11,399 nt of DNA, taken from Amoeboradix gromovi X-113 (taxonomy: Eukaryota; Fungi; Sanchytriomycota). The stretch is taken from the NCBI GenBank assembly GCA_018985225.1, contig JADGIF010000300.1:1-11399 (forward strand), given 5' to 3'. Shown here piece by piece: positions 8,521-11,399 of the stretch. The first letter of the stretch is position 1. Each line of letters starts with the position of its first letter. Made by a program: the position numbers and the translations under genes. The notes beneath the pieces are model-generated. The model made no database searches and was not told the origin of the DNA. It saw only the letters and a program-made list of their open reading frames with translations.

Positions 8521-8528
8521 TGACGTCA
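8521..8528. promoter_or_regulatory. CRE-like bZIP site TGACGTCA
   Basis: Exact palindromic ATF/CREB consensus in the divergent intergenic region between the zinc-finger gene and Iwr1. Function is not shown. Confidence 0.3.
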
Positions 8529-8691
8529 TAACTTCTGAACAAAGTAAATTAACATTTAAATTTCACTCTTAAGATCAGTCATCTTAAATTTAATGTTCGC
8601 ATTGTCTATTAAATCATAATGTATATAGCTGCACGGCAGCGCCAATACACTGATTCTTGAATTCCCCCATCAAAACAATTGTTAAACTTTC

Positions 8692-9189
8692 ATGATTTTG
8701 ATTCGAATTAAAAGAAAGCTGTCTGAAGCAATGCCTAATGAGTACGATTACAAGAACAAGAAATTTAAACATTGCAAAACTATAGCAGGCTTAAATATAC
8801 CAAATGAATTCAAAGGGATGGCAATACAAAATGTCCCAAACATTCCTGATCAAAAGCAAAACTCATTTTTAGATTTGGATATTGATATATCTAACCTCAA
8901 TTTTGACGATACTTATGTGTACGACTATTATATGGTAGAGGACGATTACATAAATCATCCGTCATCATCGAATCCTTCTGAAATTGATTATCCAGAGGAG
9001 CTAGACAGCCACGAGGAGCAAAGCGAAGATAGTGAGGATTCTAGTTTTAGAAGCTGGAGCAAGGAAGCTAGATTTAGTAATTTATCAATCCGTTCTGATT
9101 CAAGCAATGTTTGGACTCATGACAGCGAGAGCGTTGTATTTGATTTCAACTCGAGTGATTATGATGAAATGAATGATCTGCTATACTAA
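8692..9189 (+). CDS. IWR1: Iwr1/SLC7A6OS-like RNA polymerase II nuclear import factor
   Basis: N-terminal IRIKRK, central DDTYVYDYY, DYPEE motif and an acidic C-terminus are Iwr1 family hallmarks. Confidence 0.78.
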   Translation: MILIRIKRKLSEAMPNEYDYKNKKFKHCKTIAGLNIPNEFKGMAIQNVPNIPDQKQNSFLDLDIDISNLNFDDTYVYDYYMVEDDYINHPSSSNPSEIDYPEELDSHEEQSEDSEDSSFRSWSKEARFSNLSIRSDSSNVWTHDSESVVFDFNSSDYDEMNDLLY

Positions 9190-9208
9190 TAAAATTATTT
9201 ATGATTAT

Positions 9209-10030
9209 TTATTCGATTCCCTGATCTTTCATGTTTTGTTGAATCACTTCAAAAACTTTCAACATTTTACGCCTGGCTCCAAGTGCAGCGACACCGGCTT
9301 TTTCCAATGCTTCATCGTCCATCTTAATCCATTCTCTCCATTTATAATTCTTTAAATTCTCTGTATATTTATGAAGCCTCAATAACTTTAAAAACCCAGC
9401 AATATCTTCCAGTTGTTTAAAATCAATAATCTCAGGAATCTTGCCCTTGGAAGATGAATTGGTTCTTTTCAATGGAGATGTCTCTGGTGGTAAAGGGACG
9501 GTGTATTCTTCACCAGCAGACTTGCGAGTAGGAACAGTTTGTGACCTGCGAAGAGGATTCGGCGAGGTAATCTGTATTTTTGGAGGTGGCATGTCAAATA
9601 GAGGTGATGTAGCTCTATATTGGGGCGACTTTGCTTGCATAAAAGGCACTAACCTCGAATTAAGCGGCGAAGGTTGAAATGGATCATCGGCGTCTAGCAT
9701 AGGTGACAATAAATTAGATTTTTGAGCCATATCGCGTAAAACACCCATCATAAACTTCACCTGCGCGGGATTGATGTGCTGAGTCAGGTTAAACAGAGTT
9801 GTAGTTTTTTCTGAAATGTTTAAATGCTTGAACCACTGTTCAATTTGACATAAATCTTGTTTAAACTGAGGTTCCAACCCTTTAGCCATGTCATCAACCA
9901 TGGACTCGTAATTTGACCAGTCTACCGCGGTTGGATTGCTGGCGATTCTAGGACTTAGTGGTGAAGCAATTGGCGTCGGTTGTGCACTTTTACTCATATA
10001 CTGATTGTTTGGGATTAATCGATCGGACAT
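9209..10030 (-). CDS. VTS1: Vts1/Smaug-family SAM-domain RNA-binding protein
   Basis: N-terminal IEQWFKHLNISEKTTTLFNL...QVKFMMGVL homology region and C-terminal SAM DIAGFLKLLRLHKYT...LEKAGVAALGARRKMLKVF. Confidence 0.93.
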   Translation of the reverse strand: MSDRLIPNNQYMSKSAQPTPIASPLSPRIASNPTAVDWSNYESMVDDMAKGLEPQFKQDLCQIEQWFKHLNISEKTTTLFNLTQHINPAQVKFMMGVLRDMAQKSNLLSPMLDADDPFQPSPLNSRLVPFMQAKSPQYRATSPLFDMPPPKIQITSPNPLRRSQTVPTRKSAGEEYTVPLPPETSPLKRTNSSSKGKIPEIIDFKQLEDIAGFLKLLRLHKYTENLKNYKWREWIKMDDEALEKAGVAALGARRKMLKVFEVIQQNMKDQGIE

Positions 10031-10182
10031 AACGAAAAATGTGAGCCAGCTGTTTTAAACTAATGCAACGTTGAAAATTGAATCCTCGCCAATCATACAC
10101 ACCAATCAAAAATATTAGATTAATTGAGCCTTAGAAAAAAGCATGGAACCGCGCAAAAGAAGACGAAAGTAAGCTTAATAAT

Positions 10183-10602
10183 TTATTGAAGGAATCCGAT
10201 TTTGTTTGCCACCTCAGTAGCATCACTGTCGGCAGTTAATCTAACAAAAGCTTTTTTATCACCTGAAGGACGGATTAAAGTGTTAACCTTGTAAGCCTCT
10301 ACACCATATAGTTCATGTACGGCTCTAGCAATTGTCTTCTTGCTTGCTTTAGGATCACAGATAAAAACTAATGTATTTTCCTCCTCTAATTTCTTCATAG
10401 TGGACTCTGTATTCAAAGGATATTTAACAACTCTAAATGCGTCCATTTTATTAATGCGACCTAGAGATTTTTGAGGCATTTTCTTCAATCTTAGAGTCTT
10501 TGGTCTAGTAAATCTAGGTGTTACTCGAACAGCCTTTTTGGCTTTGTTATTACTTCCTTGCTTCACAGATCGCGCAGCTTTCTTTGCTTGACCAACAGCC
10601 AT
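10183..10602 (-). CDS. RPL25: 60S ribosomal protein uL23 (L25/L23a)
   Basis: F.RPKTLRL, PLNTES.MKK.E..NTLVF and KVNTLIRPSGDKKAFVRL...ANKIG motifs. No intron in the coding sequence. Confidence 0.97.
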   Translation of the reverse strand: MAVGQAKKAARSVKQGSNNKAKKAVRVTPRFTRPKTLRLKKMPQKSLGRINKMDAFRVVKYPLNTESTMKKLEEENTLVFICDPKASKKTIARAVHELYGVEAYKVNTLIRPSGDKKAFVRLTADSDATEVANKIGFLQ

Positions 10603-10647
10603 TGTGATTTGAAATTTCTTTGGAAGAACTACATTTTAGGTTTAAAA

Positions 10648-10653
10648 CACGTG
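10648..10653. promoter_or_regulatory. E-box CACGTG in the 89-nt divergent RPL25/TMA16 promoter
   Basis: CACGTG sits near the middle of the short gap between the two start codons and matches a Cbf1-type bHLH consensus. Confidence 0.4.
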
Positions 10654-10691
10654 CATGGAATCAGTAGGTAATTTGTGTCATCTCCAATTAA

Positions 10692-11066
10692 ATGCATCCA
10701 CTTTCAAAACTAACGCGAAGAGTAACGAAAAAGTACACACACGATCAAAGAATTAAGAAGGTAAAGAAAGAATCCAAGTCAAAGTTCATCCCTATTAGAA
10801 TCAAGTTGAATTTTTTTAAAAAATTTGACATCGCATCCAAAGCAAAAGTTCGGCTACATGTTGAATCCTATTTAAAATACATAGAAGAAGAAAATTTCTT
10901 TTTCGCTCCTTTAGAGCGAAAGTGCTATGAAGGTGGTTATTTTGAAGTACCTGATTTGACGATCAAAAATAATGTTGAATTACTGCAAAAATGGAATGGC
11001 AACAAAAGCCATACAATAAAGTTTGTGAAAGTGGGGAGAATTCAAGAAGCAGAGGATATGTTATGA
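10692..11066 (+). CDS. TMA16: Translation machinery-associated protein 16 (pre-60S factor), shortened
   Basis: N-terminal HP.S basic helix, IKLNFFK and C-terminal YEGGYFEVPDLT..NVELLQKWNG....IKFVKV match the Tma16 family pattern. Confidence 0.8.
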   Translation: MHPLSKLTRRVTKKYTHDQRIKKVKKESKSKFIPIRIKLNFFKKFDIASKAKVRLHVESYLKYIEEENFFFAPLERKCYEGGYFEVPDLTIKNNVELLQKWNGNKSHTIKFVKVGRIQEAEDML

Positions 11067-11165
11067 TTAGTAAAAAACAAGTTTTTATAAAGATGGAAAT
11101 CTTAAGTCAGTTTTTGGATATTCGGAATTTTTTCAAGAAACTAAAAGCAAGTCTCTGAGAACTGG

Positions 11166-11252
11166 CCGTTTGGTTTGATCTTCAGAACATTAAGTGCATT
11201 ATTTAAATGAACAATACGACTCTAATTATGTTCTGTGGAGTTTGGCAAACGG
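11166..11252. other. Imperfect long hairpin between convergent TMA16 and RPS13
   Basis: Nested complementary arms CCGTTTG (11166-11172) / CAAACGG (11246-11252) and CAGAACAT (11183-11190) / ATGTTCTG (11228-11235). Confidence 0.45.
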
Positions 11253-11312
11253 TGATCACCAAAATAAAAGAAATCCCCAAACACGTGTTTACGTCCAATC
11301 AAATCAATTTAC

Positions 11313-11399
11313 TTAAGCAACCAGAGCCGAGGCAGTAGCGGAGCTGTATTTCCAGGTAGGTGGTAGATTGGCGCGAGTCTTGTAGTATCTAGCCAGTCT
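11313..11399 (-). CDS. RPS13: 40S ribosomal protein uS15 (S13), 3' end only
   Basis: Absent from the ORF track. Manual translation gives RLARYYKTRANLPPTWKYSSATASALVA*, the conserved eukaryotic S13 C-terminus. Confidence 0.95.
   Translation of the reverse strand, partial: RLARYYKTRANLPPTWKYSSATASALVA

Noticed and set aside
771-9677. Short overlapping or antisense ORFs in the track (771, 924, 1309, 1617, 2088, 4774, 5560, 5652, 6406, 6488, 9173, 9441)
   Set aside because: Shadow ORFs overlapping well-supported genes, often with non-ATG starts and no motifs.
11174-11240. SECIS-like reading of the hairpin (TGA...AA...GA) downstream of the TGA-ending TMA16
   Set aside because: It lacks the AUGA core, the apical loop is too large, and Tma16 is not a known selenoprotein.
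1-11399. Alternative genetic code with TAA/TAG read as Gln
   Set aside because: Conserved proteins (uL23, uS15, Vts1) end at TAA in the expected place, and long ORFs have no internal stops.

Overview
AT-rich, very gene-dense, almost intron-free eukaryotic DNA in the standard genetic code. The gene content (PacC/Rim101-type zinc finger, Vts1, Iwr1, Tma16, fungal-type M64 peptidase, uL23, uS15) points to a fungus. The presence of CatSper genes suggests a zoosporic, early-diverging lineage with a compacted genome; this taxonomy is inferred, not shown. The main finding is a tail-to-tail pair of CatSper (flagellar Ca2+ channel) genes 15 nt apart: a CatSper2-like pore-forming alpha subunit (1582-3081, +) and a single-pass CatSper delta/epsilon-like auxiliary subunit (5269-3097, -). 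The ORF track splits the auxiliary gene in two, but removing a predicted 19-nt GT-AG intron (4004-4022) joins it into one 717-aa ORF. Compaction signatures include gaps of 15-24 nt, AATAAA overlapping stop codons and shortened proteins. All homology calls come from recalled family motifs; no database search was run.
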